A stretch of DNA of 64,000 nt, from the sequence record KY555144.1, one strand, 5' to 3'. Below, one piece after another: positions 18,056 to 27,261 of this stretch (positions are counted from its first letter, which is position 1; each line of letters starts with the position of its first letter). A program made the position numbers and the translations under genes. Under the pieces are notes generated by a model. That model made no database searches and was not told where the DNA came from. It worked only from the letters and a program-made list of their open reading frames with translations.

Positions 18056-18415
18056 TTGGACCACAACGACCCCGCCAAGCCCCTGTGCAAGATCGCCGTC
18101 CTGGCCGGCCCCCTGTGGGAGGTCGACACCGACAACTGCGAGACCCTGCTGGTCCCGGTCAAGGATGTTCCGCACCCCTGCGCCGAGAACTTCCAAGACG
18201 AGATCGACATGGCTCTCAACATGAGCGGCGAGGCCATGGACTGGCGCCGCGTCGAGGGCTTCGCCGCCGTCCTGCGCGACCCGCGCGGCTCGGACATGTC
18301 GCCCGTCGAGGGTCCGTTCGCCAGCGCCCAGGAGGCCTTCGACTACGTCAAGGACCAGTGGAGCGACCGCATCCCCGGATCGATGGGGCTGGCGCCCTAC
18401 GAGGCCCCGCAGTGA
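18056..18415 (+). CDS. hypothetical acidic protein
   Basis: GAGGAGG RBS, TTG start. Confidence 0.75.
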   Translation: MDHNDPAKPLCKIAVLAGPLWEVDTDNCETLLVPVKDVPHPCAENFQDEIDMALNMSGEAMDWRRVEGFAAVLRDPRGSDMSPVEGPFASAQEAFDYVKDQWSDRIPGSMGLAPYEAPQ

Positions 18416-18681
18416 TCAAGATCACGCGCCGCATGACCTGGGCTGACGCCGGCCGCTGCTCGAAGACCGACTGGACCGCGTGGCTCATCCCCGCCGGCCC
18501 GCTGATCGCGGCGCTGCCGTTCGCCGCTCTGACCGGCGCGTGCCTGTCGATCAAGGACCCGACGCACACCAATCTGGCCATCGCCTTGCTGCCCGGCGCG
18601 GCGATGCTCTTCAACGGCTGGATGGCGACGTTCGCCTTCGACCAGTTCCTGCGCGGGCGGGCCGGCGAGGAGGTGCGCTGA
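18412..18681 (+). CDS. two-TM membrane protein
   Basis: GTGA overlap; two hydrophobic segments. Confidence 0.7.
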   Translation: MIKITRRMTWADAGRCSKTDWTAWLIPAGPLIAALPFAALTGACLSIKDPTHTNLAIALLPGAAMLFNGWMATFAFDQFLRGRAGEEVR

Positions 18682-18682
18682 C

Positions 18683-19111
18683 ATGAAGCTCTTCATCATC
18701 ATCCTGGCGGCGATCCTGTGGCTGGGCGACACCGCCCGCGCCCAGTCCCTGCCGTTCCGCCTGACCCAGCCGCTGAACTACGGCAGTGATCTCCACTACA
18801 CCGAGACGCGCGACGCGTCCGCCTCGCGCGAGCCGCTCAAGCGGGTGATCGTCGACCTGTCGCGCTCGTCCACGGTGGTCATCGAGCGGGCCTGGACCTA
18901 TGCCGAACTCGCCGGCGCCCAGACGACCTGCGGCGAGATCGTCCTCAACGGCCGCCGGCAGAGGTTCGTCCTCCAGGAAGGCCCCAAGACCGCCGTGATC
19001 GGCCCGGCGGTGCCCGCCTACTTCTGGTCGCTCGACGTGCCGGACTACCAGTTCCGCAACGCCGGGTGCCTGCGCGACCGCGCCGCCCTGATCATCCCGC
19101 CGAGGTTCTGA
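18683..19111 (+). CDS. putative secreted protein
   Basis: GGAGG RBS; Sec-like signal MKLFIIILAAILWLGDTARA-QS. Confidence 0.8.
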   Translation: MKLFIIILAAILWLGDTARAQSLPFRLTQPLNYGSDLHYTETRDASASREPLKRVIVDLSRSSTVVIERAWTYAELAGAQTTCGEIVLNGRRQRFVLQEGPKTAVIGPAVPAYFWSLDVPDYQFRNAGCLRDRAALIIPPRF

Positions 19112-19124
19112 TCCTGGCGTTCTT

Positions 19125-19180
19125 GTGTTGACAAGGCCGGCGGCGCTGGCCTAGAACGTCGTGGACGACAACAGGAGGGA
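19125..19180 (+). promoter_or_regulatory. sigma70-type promoter with leader
   Basis: GTGTTGACAAG..CCTAGAAC..GGACGACAACAGGAGG. Confidence 0.8.
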
Positions 19181-19182
19181 CC

Positions 19183-19539
19183 ATGCCGCTCTACGACTTT
19201 CCGACCGGACCGACCACGATGGAGGACATCGAGGCGTTCGTCGCCGGCGCCCAGGCGGTGGTGACCGCCCAACTGGCCAAGGCCTTTCCCGGCGTGTCCG
19301 CGCCGGTCCTGGAGATCGCGCCGGTTCACCCGAGCAGCCAGTTCGCCAAGATCGTCGCGGTCGACGCCAGTCAGCGCTCGGCCTGGGCGTTCGTCCGGCT
19401 GGAGAACGGTCTGATCTACAAGCCCTCGTCGTGGAAGGTGCCGGCCAAGCATGCGCGCGGCACGATCCACACCGCCGCGCACGGCGCCGAGTACGTCGAC
19501 TGGACCGGCCCGCGCTACGTCAAGGACCTGCGTCGATGA
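19183..19539 (+). CDS. conserved hypothetical phage protein
   Basis: FAKIV..SAWAFV..GLIYKPSSWKVPAKHARG motif, recalled from other large phages. Confidence 0.85.
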   Translation: MPLYDFPTGPTTMEDIEAFVAGAQAVVTAQLAKAFPGVSAPVLEIAPVHPSSQFAKIVAVDASQRSAWAFVRLENGLIYKPSSWKVPAKHARGTIHTAAHGAEYVDWTGPRYVKDLRR

Positions 19540-19802
19540 GGAACTTCTCCGTTCTCCTGTCGCTTCATGACGAGCGACGCCTCTACGTGGTCGAGGCGTC
19601 GGACCCTGGCAAGGCGGTGGCCTTCGCCAAGCGCGTGGCGGCGGCGCATGACACCGTCGGCTCTGACTGGGAGATGGAAGTCGTCTTCCACGGCGCTTCC
19701 TACCTCGCCATGAAGGGCGCTTCCGTCAAGGTCATCGACCTGCGGCCCAGCGCGCAGGAACAGGAGCCGGTGCCGCACGCTCAGCGTGGGGGTGGCTGCT
19801 GA
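19536..19802 (+). CDS. hypothetical protein
   Basis: ATGA overlap (MRNFSVLL). Confidence 0.7.
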   Translation: MRNFSVLLSLHDERRLYVVEASDPGKAVAFAKRVAAAHDTVGSDWEMEVVFHGASYLAMKGASVKVIDLRPSAQEQEPVPHAQRGGGC

Positions 19803-20215
19803 TGCGCGTCGAGGACGGAAAGGCCATCGTCGATGACGTCTGGGCGGTGGTCAAGGGCCACCTGCCCGGCGCCATCCATTTCGTGCGCCTCAACTGGGTC
19901 GGCCGGCTGCTGCACGGCGGCGACATGCTCCATTACTGGGGCATCCAACAGCCGACCCAGATTCCCGGCGTCGCCTATGTCTGGGACGACGAGACCAACG
20001 ATGGCCCGCTCGGCGGCTGGATGGGTCCGGAGACCAAGATCATCGCCCGCTTCGCCGACCAGCGCCAGGGCCTGGACGTCCTGCGCGCGGCGATGGAGAC
20101 CAAGGCGCGCTTCGACGCCCTGGTCCGCCAGGGCGAGGACCTGCTGCTCGCCCTCAAGGTCCAGCGTGATCAAGCCCTGTTCGCGGCCCTGACCCAGGGG
20201 GTTTCCGAGGCATGA
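19802..20215 (+). CDS. hypothetical protein
   Basis: TGATG overlap. Confidence 0.75.
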   Translation: MRVEDGKAIVDDVWAVVKGHLPGAIHFVRLNWVGRLLHGGDMLHYWGIQQPTQIPGVAYVWDDETNDGPLGGWMGPETKIIARFADQRQGLDVLRAAMETKARFDALVRQGEDLLLALKVQRDQALFAALTQGVSEA

Positions 20216-20622
20216 GCTTTGCGATCCGCTACTTCCCCGGCCCGCGCCTGGGCTATGGCAAGGTCGTTTCCCGGCACGGGATGCACGTCCTCTTTCAGGC
20301 CTATGCCGGGAATGAACCCCAGCCGGGGACTCTGCCCGAGGTCGTTCACTGGGACGACATCATCGAAGGTCGCTTTGCCTCGCCCGCCAAGGTCATCCTG
20401 GCGATCGACGAATCCATGCGCTGGTTCAAGGCCCTGGAAGCCGAGCGCGGCGCCGAGCAGTCCGCCGAGGTCCTCATGACGCATCTGCGGCGCTATGAGC
20501 GCGACGACTGCGAGGTCTGCCATGGCGCGCGCGGCGGCGTGCGAGGCAATGAGAACATCGTCGATGGCAAGGTGGTCTGTGACTACTGCACGATCGACAT
20601 TCTCGACGCGAGGAAAAGCTGA
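20212..20622 (+). CDS. hypothetical protein with C-terminal Cys motif
   Basis: CEVC...GNEN..CDYC. Confidence 0.75.
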   Translation: MSFAIRYFPGPRLGYGKVVSRHGMHVLFQAYAGNEPQPGTLPEVVHWDDIIEGRFASPAKVILAIDESMRWFKALEAERGAEQSAEVLMTHLRRYERDDCEVCHGARGGVRGNENIVDGKVVCDYCTIDILDARKS

Positions 20623-20831
20623 TGGGGGCCTACGCCTACTGCCCCCACTGCGGCGCGCCTCAAGATCGCCCGACGGCCCGCGAGGTCGTGGAGCGTGAGA
20701 GCCGCTGCTACGCCTGCGGCAAGGACGTCCCGGTCTATGACGACTTGGCCGACGTCCTGGAGCGGATGGAGAGCCGGATCGACGATCTGGAAGCCGAGGT
20801 CAAAGCCCTGAAGGAAGGCGGAACCGAATGA
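20622..20831 (+). CDS. Zn-ribbon plus coiled-coil small protein
   Basis: CPHC...CYAC. Confidence 0.75.
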   Translation: MGAYAYCPHCGAPQDRPTAREVVERESRCYACGKDVPVYDDLADVLERMESRIDDLEAEVKALKEGGTE

Positions 20832-21226
20832 CCGCGACTCGCCAGGAAATCAAGGACGTCCTCGACCGCGTGGCGAACCTGCGCGAGCCCGACCGTGAAG
20901 TCGAGCTTGCTGTCTGGAACATCGTCAGCACCCAGGGGCGCTGGGCGTGGCACACCCACCACGAGACGATCCACCAGATCGCCAGCGATGGGCGGTACGG
21001 CTATGGCATCTGCTCGCTGGAGCGCCTGACCTCGTCGATCAACGACGTGCTGTCGTTCGCCCACTACGCCGATCTCCATTCTCTCGAACTCCTGGAGAAG
21101 GGGCTGGCGCGGGTCAAGTTGCTTCCGCGCCACCTCTACGACCAGGACTATGACGTCCAATTCTTCCTCTGCCGCGACATGCTCAGGGTGATCCTGGAGC
21201 ATTGTCTTGAGAAAGCCCGCACATGA
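20828..21226 (+). CDS. hypothetical protein
   Basis: ATGA overlap. Confidence 0.75.
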   Translation: MTATRQEIKDVLDRVANLREPDREVELAVWNIVSTQGRWAWHTHHETIHQIASDGRYGYGICSLERLTSSINDVLSFAHYADLHSLELLEKGLARVKLLPRHLYDQDYDVQFFLCRDMLRVILEHCLEKART

Positions 21227-21612
21227 GCTTCGTCTATCTTGCGATCCCCTATACCTCCCAACTGGAGGACGAGGCCGAAGCCAGGGCCGAGCGCGACGCC
21301 CGGATGGTCGAATTCTGGAAGGCCGCCGCCTTCCTGATCGAACGGGGCGATCACGTCGTCTCGCCCATGACCCTGGAGCCGGCCCTGGTCGCCGTGCCCG
21401 ACATGCCCTACCGCTGGGAGCACTGGAAGGAATACTCGATCAAGATGATCGGGATTTCGTCGAAGCTGGTGGTTCTGCAATTGCCCGGCTGGTCGACCAG
21501 CCGGGGTGTCATCGGCGAGATGCACGCGGCGGGACAAGCCGGCATCGAGATCGAGTTCCTGACCCTTCAGACGGTCGCGACGTGGTTGAGCACCAGGGAG
21601 ATTGAAGCGTGA
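21223..21612 (+). CDS. DUF1937 family protein (nucleoside deoxyribosyltransferase-like fold)
   Basis: VYLAIPY...VVSP...LVVLQLPGWSTSRGVIGE. Confidence 0.8.
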   Translation: MSFVYLAIPYTSQLEDEAEARAERDARMVEFWKAAAFLIERGDHVVSPMTLEPALVAVPDMPYRWEHWKEYSIKMIGISSKLVVLQLPGWSTSRGVIGEMHAAGQAGIEIEFLTLQTVATWLSTREIEA

Positions 21613-22064
21613 TCCAGTTCCTCAAGGACATCACGGGCGTCACCGCGCGCGCCGAAGCCCTGGAGCGCGCAAAAGCCAAGGCCCTGCATGCCAATCAGTT
21701 GGCTCAGGCGCGCAAGGTCGGGGAATTTCAGGTGGTGCAGGAAGACCGCAAACTCTTCCACTATCAACTGTTTCTCACCCCCTCCACGCTCGACGGGTCT
21801 TGGTTTTACCTGGGGAGCTACGGCCACATCTGTAGCCGGGTCAACGCCCACTACTTCTCGTCTCTGGAAGAGGCCAAGGTGGCGGGTGCGGCGGCGGGCG
21901 CTCAATGCCGCGAGCGCATCGCCGGCGAGATGGAGCGCCAGCAGCAGTTCCGCAATATCTACGCCCCGCCGGAGTTCCTGGCCAAATCCGTCAACGCCTT
22001 CAAGTCGAGTGAGGACCTGCTGATCGAGGTCGCGCGGACGGTGTCCCAGAGGTACCAGCGATGA
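21609..22064 (+). CDS. hypothetical protein
   Basis: GTGA overlap. Confidence 0.75.
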   Translation: MIQFLKDITGVTARAEALERAKAKALHANQLAQARKVGEFQVVQEDRKLFHYQLFLTPSTLDGSWFYLGSYGHICSRVNAHYFSSLEEAKVAGAAAGAQCRERIAGEMERQQQFRNIYAPPEFLAKSVNAFKSSEDLLIEVARTVSQRYQR

Positions 22065-22327
22065 GCGCGGTCGCTCTGAAGTTCGACACGCTCGCCGACG
22101 CCGAGATGGCGGTCGCCCAGGCGCTCTACGAGCACTGGGTGCGGAGCGAGCGCGCGCGTCATGTCACCTGGAACCTCCCCGGCTGGGTCGAGCCGCCCGC
22201 CTGGGCGGACATGAACTGGACCGAGCGCACCCACTGGCTGGTCGAGGCCGGCCTCGTCGTCGACTGCCTGCTCGAATTCGTCAAGAACAACCCCGGCGCC
22301 TATGGAGAGAGCCATGAACCGTCGTGA
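22061..22327 (+). CDS. hypothetical protein
   Basis: ATGA overlap. Confidence 0.7.
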   Translation: MSAVALKFDTLADAEMAVAQALYEHWVRSERARHVTWNLPGWVEPPAWADMNWTERTHWLVEAGLVVDCLLEFVKNNPGAYGESHEPS

Positions 22328-22934
22328 ACTGATCCTGGGCGCCGGCGCGGTCGTCGCGGCCTCGGCCCTGCCGACCGTGGTCGAGGCCGCGCGCATCAAG
22401 CCCATTCGACGCTTGCTCCTGGAGAGCGGCTTCGTCCAGCACGAGACCTTCGCCACCTCCTGGATGGCGACCTGGACGGAAGACTCCCACGCCTCGCGGC
22501 ATGCCGAGGTCGTGCGCGCCTGGATCGACGAGACGGTCCAGAGCGGCTATCTCAAGTGTGGCGGCGAGACCCCCATCCTCGACAAGCACGTGCGGCTTCC
22601 GCAGGTGGACTTCACGATCTCGCCGACCGACAAGGTCTGGTCGCACTGGTCGGGCTGGGTCGAGGAGGCGGGGCTGAAGGTCGTCGTGCGCGTGCTCGCG
22701 TCCGATCCCCAGGTCGATGCGACCTTCGATCCGGTCTATCTGATGAAGACCCGCTGGCAGGCCGACGGGACCCAGGCTCCGGAGGAGACTCGCTACCTCG
22801 TCCGCCGGCCGCTCCTGCGCTACCACGAGGAGCGCGAGCTTCGCTACGCCCTCGGAGACACCGCCGGCTACTCGCCGAACTCGTTGGTCGAGTTCGACAA
22901 TAGCTGGCTTCTCACTATGGCGAAAAGCGCATGA
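22314..22934 (+). CDS. putative Tat-exported protein
   Basis: GGAG RBS; MNRRELILGAGAVVAASALPTVVEAA twin-arginine-like signal. Confidence 0.75.
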   Translation: MNRRELILGAGAVVAASALPTVVEAARIKPIRRLLLESGFVQHETFATSWMATWTEDSHASRHAEVVRAWIDETVQSGYLKCGGETPILDKHVRLPQVDFTISPTDKVWSHWSGWVEEAGLKVVVRVLASDPQVDATFDPVYLMKTRWQADGTQAPEETRYLVRRPLLRYHEERELRYALGDTAGYSPNSLVEFDNSWLLTMAKSA

Positions 22935-23431
22935 TCCGCTCGCGTAACGAGCCGCCCGAGGTCACCGCCCGCAAGATGGCCGAGCGGTGGTCGGCCCAAA
23001 AGAACCTCATCAGCGGTTTCCTGGCGGGGCCGGCGGAGGCGCTGAACGCCAATTGGCAGTATGTGAGCGCGCTCCTCTGGGCGCACTGTGATCTGCGGGT
23101 CGTGGGGGATTGGCAGGACCGCCCGGTGCGAGGCTGGACGGCCGAGTCCATCAACGCGCCGTTCGACATCTGCATGATCGAGGACCGTGCCTCGGCGACG
23201 ATCCAGAACGGCGATCTCGCCGTGACCATGCTCACCACGCTCCTGCCGCATGCGGAGATCACGATCACCAAGGCGTCCGGACGCAACTGGGATTGGGAAG
23301 TCCTGGTCGACACCCGTTTCGCCGCCCACGCCAAGTTCGAGGGCATGGTCTGGGGCTTTGGCCCCAGCATCGCCCTGGCGGCTTGGCGCGCCTATTTCAG
23401 CTACGTCAACAAGGAGCCCACCGATGTCTGA
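22931..23431 (+). CDS. hypothetical protein
   Basis: ATGA overlap. Confidence 0.75.
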   Translation: MIRSRNEPPEVTARKMAERWSAQKNLISGFLAGPAEALNANWQYVSALLWAHCDLRVVGDWQDRPVRGWTAESINAPFDICMIEDRASATIQNGDLAVTMLTTLLPHAEITITKASGRNWDWEVLVDTRFAAHAKFEGMVWGFGPSIALAAWRAYFSYVNKEPTDV

Positions 23432-23642
23432 CGTCTTCGACGAGGTCGAGCGCCGCCTGAACCGCCGGCGTCCCGGCTTCTGGATTCACAAGGTCGCCAT
23501 CGCGATCATCGTGGTGATCGGCCTGCTGGTCGTCGCCGGCGCCGCCGTCCAGGTCTTCAACCCGACCCTGGCGGTCCAGTGGCAGGCCAAGCAGGACGCG
23601 GCCTATGACCGCGCCTACGAAGAAGCCCGGCGGGCCGAGTGA
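23424..23642 (+). CDS. single-TM membrane protein
   Basis: AAGGAG RBS; VAIAIIVVIGLLVVAGAAV helix. Confidence 0.75.
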   Translation: MSDVFDEVERRLNRRRPGFWIHKVAIAIIVVIGLLVVAGAAVQVFNPTLAVQWQAKQDAAYDRAYEEARRAE

Positions 23643-24133
23643 TGGTCGTCTTCGCGCCTGAGTACACCTGGGAGGCGATTGACACTAGCGTGGCGGTCGG
23701 CCTGACCGAGGCGGTGATCCGGGGCGAGGCCGCGCCGGTCTGCGTCGGCTCATCCCTGCACGCCATGGAATTCCACGTCATCTGGCGCGGCGATCTCTAC
23801 CGGGCCTTCACCGGCATGGGGAGCGATCCCGACTGGACCTGCGCCGAGAAGGGCGTGCGGGTCCCCCATCCGCTGGACGGCAAGAAGATCGACGAGATCG
23901 AGAAGGACCGGCATCGCGAGGAGGAGCGCTACCGACGCGAGATCGAGACCATGCCCGGCCGGCACCTCTACATCTGCCGCAAGACCGATGACCTCCAGGA
24001 CATCCTCGCCCGCATCCCGATGGACCTGCGGATGCGCCACGAGATGTCCAACATGATCACCCTGCTGGCCCGGATGATGCTGGTCCAGAACTCCACCCGC
24101 ACGCTTTCCCGCTCCAAACTCGACCGGTTCTAA
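23639..24133 (+). CDS. hypothetical protein
   Basis: GTGA overlap. Confidence 0.75.
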   Translation: MMVVFAPEYTWEAIDTSVAVGLTEAVIRGEAAPVCVGSSLHAMEFHVIWRGDLYRAFTGMGSDPDWTCAEKGVRVPHPLDGKKIDEIEKDRHREEERYRREIETMPGRHLYICRKTDDLQDILARIPMDLRMRHEMSNMITLLARMMLVQNSTRTLSRSKLDRF

Positions 24134-24134
24134 C

Positions 24135-24656
24135 ATGACCACCCAACGCCTCGATTTCTCCAGCGACGTCAACTGGCCCCCGAAGGTCGACTTCGATCTC
24201 AAGAAGCTGCGCTACGATGTGGCGGTCGAAATCCTGGAGACCCTGTGGCCCAAGCACCGCCACGACAAACGCCACGACCTGTCGCTGCTAGGCTCGCTCT
24301 GCAAGGTCAAGTTTGGCGCGGCGGGCTTCAAGGCCGACGACATCAAGGAACAGACCTTGGCGGTCATGCGCACGCTCGAAGCGGCCAACTTCGTGCGCAA
24401 CGACGGCGGCGACTGGCACCTGACGGCGACTGGGGCGATCTGGGTCCTGGTGGCCCGGACTGCGCCCTCGGGCTGGGCGACCGAGAGCGCCTTGCTCCAT
24501 CACATCGAACTGGCGACCTTCCCCGCCGCCGAGATCGCCTGGGCGGTCGAGTCCTGCCCCTATTTCCACATCCGCAAGGGAAGCCTGTTCGACGACAAGG
24601 TCTTTGACCTCCAGGCCTACCAACAGCCGCTGGACGGGTGGAACGGATGGCGCTGA
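24135..24656 (+). CDS. hypothetical protein, wHTH-like
   Basis: TLAVMRTLEAANFVRNDGGDWHLTATG. Confidence 0.75.
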   Translation: MTTQRLDFSSDVNWPPKVDFDLKKLRYDVAVEILETLWPKHRHDKRHDLSLLGSLCKVKFGAAGFKADDIKEQTLAVMRTLEAANFVRNDGGDWHLTATGAIWVLVARTAPSGWATESALLHHIELATFPAAEIAWAVESCPYFHIRKGSLFDDKVFDLQAYQQPLDGWNGWR

Positions 24657-25180
24657 CCCTTGAGGCCTGGGACAGCCTGATCCTCGACCTGCGGACCGCC
24701 GCCGAGGACAAGGACCGCGAGGCCTGGGACGACGCGATCCAGGCCCTGGAAAGCGCCTTCGACGAGCATGTCGACGGCCCACTGGAGAGCCATCCCAATA
24801 CCCTGGCCTGGAAGAAGAGCCTCGACGAGAAGACGCGGTTCCTGGCCGGCTGGCGCCACTGGGGCGGCGGGGCGCGTGACGTCCCCGACGCCTATCGGGG
24901 CGATCCGCACTTCAACCGGGGCCGGTCCGGCGCGGCGATCGCCCAGGACATGAGCGCCGTGAAGGACCTTGACGCGTGTCACCATCCGGTCAAGCATCGG
25001 ATCGCCGGCGGGGATAATCAGGTCCTGCCGCGCCACCCGGCCGTCTACGGCTCCTACGCGGTCGAAATCTGCCGCCTCTGTCGGGGGTGGACGCTCGTCC
25101 AGCACGGGACGCCCCGGTGGCGTCCTGGCCCCTATTACGACGCCTACGAGAAGGCCATGCGCGAGGAAGAGGAGCGCTGA
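24647..25180 (+). CDS. hypothetical protein
   Basis: ATG 24647 overlapping the upstream stop; C-terminal EICRLCRGW. Confidence 0.75.
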   Translation: MALTLEAWDSLILDLRTAAEDKDREAWDDAIQALESAFDEHVDGPLESHPNTLAWKKSLDEKTRFLAGWRHWGGGARDVPDAYRGDPHFNRGRSGAAIAQDMSAVKDLDACHHPVKHRIAGGDNQVLPRHPAVYGSYAVEICRLCRGWTLVQHGTPRWRPGPYYDAYEKAMREEEER

Positions 25181-25182
25181 CG

Positions 25183-25878
25183 ATGCTCTATGTGTTCGGG
25201 GATATCCACGGCCGGCTCGACCTCCTGGAGAAGGCGCGGCACGAAATCCGTGTACGCGGCGACTGCACCCAGATGATCTTCCTCGGCGACTATGTCGATC
25301 GCGGCCCCGACAGCAAGGGCGTCGTCGAGGCGGTGATGGCGCTCCAGGACCAGGGCGAGATCGCCCTGATGGGCAACCATGAGGAAATGATGCTGACCGC
25401 CTGTCAGATCAAGTCCTACAACGCCATGTCCAAACTCTGGGTGTCGAACGGCGGCAAGCAGACCCTGAAGTCCTACGGGGCCGGCGACAATGCCTGGAAC
25501 GCCAAATGGGACCTGATCCCCCAGGAGCATGTCGACTGGATGGCGCGCCTCAAGCCGATCCACGAGACGCCGGGACGGGTGTTCGTCCACGCGGGCCTCG
25601 CGCCGGGCGTGTCGATCAAAATGCAGGAGGAGGAACACCTGCTCTGGATCAGGGACAAGTTCCTGAACGCGCCGGCCGACAAGTTCGAGAAGCATATCGT
25701 CCACGGCCACACCCACACCCATGCGCGCAAGAAGATCGAAGAGCCCGAGCTTCTCGCCCACCGGACCAACCTCGACACCGGGGCCTTCTACACGGGCGTC
25801 CTGGCCGTCGGGGTGTTCGATCCGGACGGCTATGGCGGACCCGAGGAGGTGCTGTTGATCCGCGAGGACGACGCATGA
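25183..25878 (+). CDS. calcineurin-like metallophosphoesterase (PPP / lambda-phosphatase type)
   Basis: GDIHG, GDYVDRG, GNHE, HAG, HGHT and DTGA motifs; start trimmed to ATG 25183. Confidence 0.92.
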   Translation: MLYVFGDIHGRLDLLEKARHEIRVRGDCTQMIFLGDYVDRGPDSKGVVEAVMALQDQGEIALMGNHEEMMLTACQIKSYNAMSKLWVSNGGKQTLKSYGAGDNAWNAKWDLIPQEHVDWMARLKPIHETPGRVFVHAGLAPGVSIKMQEEEHLLWIRDKFLNAPADKFEKHIVHGHTHTHARKKIEEPELLAHRTNLDTGAFYTGVLAVGVFDPDGYGGPEEVLLIREDDA

Positions 25879-26450
25879 TCCCCGACTTCGTCCAGAAGGC
25901 GCGCAAACTCCTGCGGCTCTACGGGGACAAGCCGAAGGTCAAGCCGTTCGACCCGTCCGCTCCGCTCGGGGGAAGTGTGTCTTCGCCGCCCCTCCCGGCG
26001 GCGCCGTCTCTATCCTCCAACCACGGGTTCTGGGGCGGCCCTGGCGGCGGCTCGATCCACGTAGGCTCCGGCCATGCGACCGCCATGGGCTCGGGCGGGG
26101 GCGGTAGCACCCAAATCCTGGTCTACAACGGCGGGACGGTGGGCTGGGCGACCATGCCCCAGGCCGTGGTCACGGAGGTCAAGACGGTCAGCAAGACGCG
26201 GCCCGGCCTGACGGCGGGAGAGGACGAGGTCATCACGACCATGGTTCGCTATGGCGATGTCGAACTGGTTCTGGAGCGCGATCGCAAGTTCGCTTTCGTG
26301 CGGCACAAGATGGAGCTTGCCTATCCCCGCGTCTCGGGCCGTATGCTCAAGTCCTTGATCAAGAAGGGCTATCTGAAGGCTATCGAGCATGACGAGATGG
26401 GTGGCCCGCAGGTGGCGGTAGTCGTGGCGGGGAAGGTCGCGGTCTGCTGA
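25875..26450 (+). CDS. hypothetical protein, Gly/Pro-rich N-terminus, wHTH-like C-terminus
   Basis: ATGA overlap; RVSGRMLKSLIKKGYL..HDEMG. Confidence 0.7.
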   Translation: MIPDFVQKARKLLRLYGDKPKVKPFDPSAPLGGSVSSPPLPAAPSLSSNHGFWGGPGGGSIHVGSGHATAMGSGGGGSTQILVYNGGTVGWATMPQAVVTEVKTVSKTRPGLTAGEDEVITTMVRYGDVELVLERDRKFAFVRHKMELAYPRVSGRMLKSLIKKGYLKAIEHDEMGGPQVAVVVAGKVAVC

Positions 26451-26469
26451 ATTTTGTTGGCGCGAGAAC

Positions 26470-26522
26470 GTTGACAGCCTCGGCGTGGTGTCATAAAAGC
26501 CTCCTCGACGACAACGAGGAGG
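26470..26522 (+). promoter_or_regulatory. sigma70-type promoter with leader
   Basis: GTTGACAG..TCATAAAA..CCTCGACGACAACGAGGAGG. Confidence 0.8.
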
Positions 26523-26527
26523 CCCCC

Positions 26528-26947
26528 ATGGCTTACGCAATTCCGGACCTGAGCACCTACACGTTCCACGACCCCAAGGTCGAACGGTTCGCCAAGGCGA
26601 TGATCTCGACGATCGAGACCGCCCAGACCATGCTCACGGCCTTCGCCAACGATCTCGCCGACAATCCTCTTCAGGCGTTCGAGCATAGCTACGGCGCCAA
26701 GATGGCCGCCGCCCACAGGGACGTCGCCAAGGGGCTGCTCAACGAGGTTCTCGACGCGCTGCTGCATGGTCAGGACAAGACCTGGGCCTACATCGGCCAG
26801 GACCTGCGCGAGCGGCTGATGTATCGCGTGATCTACGCGGCCTCGAACCCGCCGCGCTCGACCAACGCCGAGAGCAACGACATGGCCCGCTTCGTCCTGC
26901 GCGCCGAGGCCGACATGCTCGACCGCATGACCAAGAGCCGCTTCTGA
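26528..26947 (+). CDS. hypothetical protein
   Basis: start trimmed to the ATG after GAGGAGG. Confidence 0.8.
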   Translation: MAYAIPDLSTYTFHDPKVERFAKAMISTIETAQTMLTAFANDLADNPLQAFEHSYGAKMAAAHRDVAKGLLNEVLDALLHGQDKTWAYIGQDLRERLMYRVIYAASNPPRSTNAESNDMARFVLRAEADMLDRMTKSRF

Positions 26948-27261
26948 TGCGGATCGTCGACTTCGCGACGTTCGTGACGCTTCCGGCTGGGACCCTCTAC
27001 CAGGAGATCGACCAGTACGGGAGCCCCATCAGCGCCCTGGCGATCCGCCACGACGTGCTGTTTGACGGCGATCGCCCGTTCGACTTCATCTACGAGGAAA
27101 TCCTCTACCAGACGGCCGACGGCTTCCTGGGCGACCCGCCGAAGCTGGCCGAGTTGGGGACCAAGCGCTGGGGGCTCTTCGATGACGAGACCCTGTTCAT
27201 CGTCTACGAGACGCAGGACCGCGCCCGGCTGGCCAAGATCATCCTGGGAGACGCCGCATGA
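26947..27261 (+). CDS. hypothetical protein
   Basis: TGATG overlap. Confidence 0.75.
   Translation: MRIVDFATFVTLPAGTLYQEIDQYGSPISALAIRHDVLFDGDRPFDFIYEEILYQTADGFLGDPPKLAELGTKRWGLFDDETLFIVYETQDRARLAKIILGDAA

Noticed and set aside
829-21612. Nucleotide-modification pathway from the HAD nucleotidase, DUF4326 and DUF1937
   Set aside because: Genes are not clustered, are common in large phages, and no modifying enzymes are present in the window
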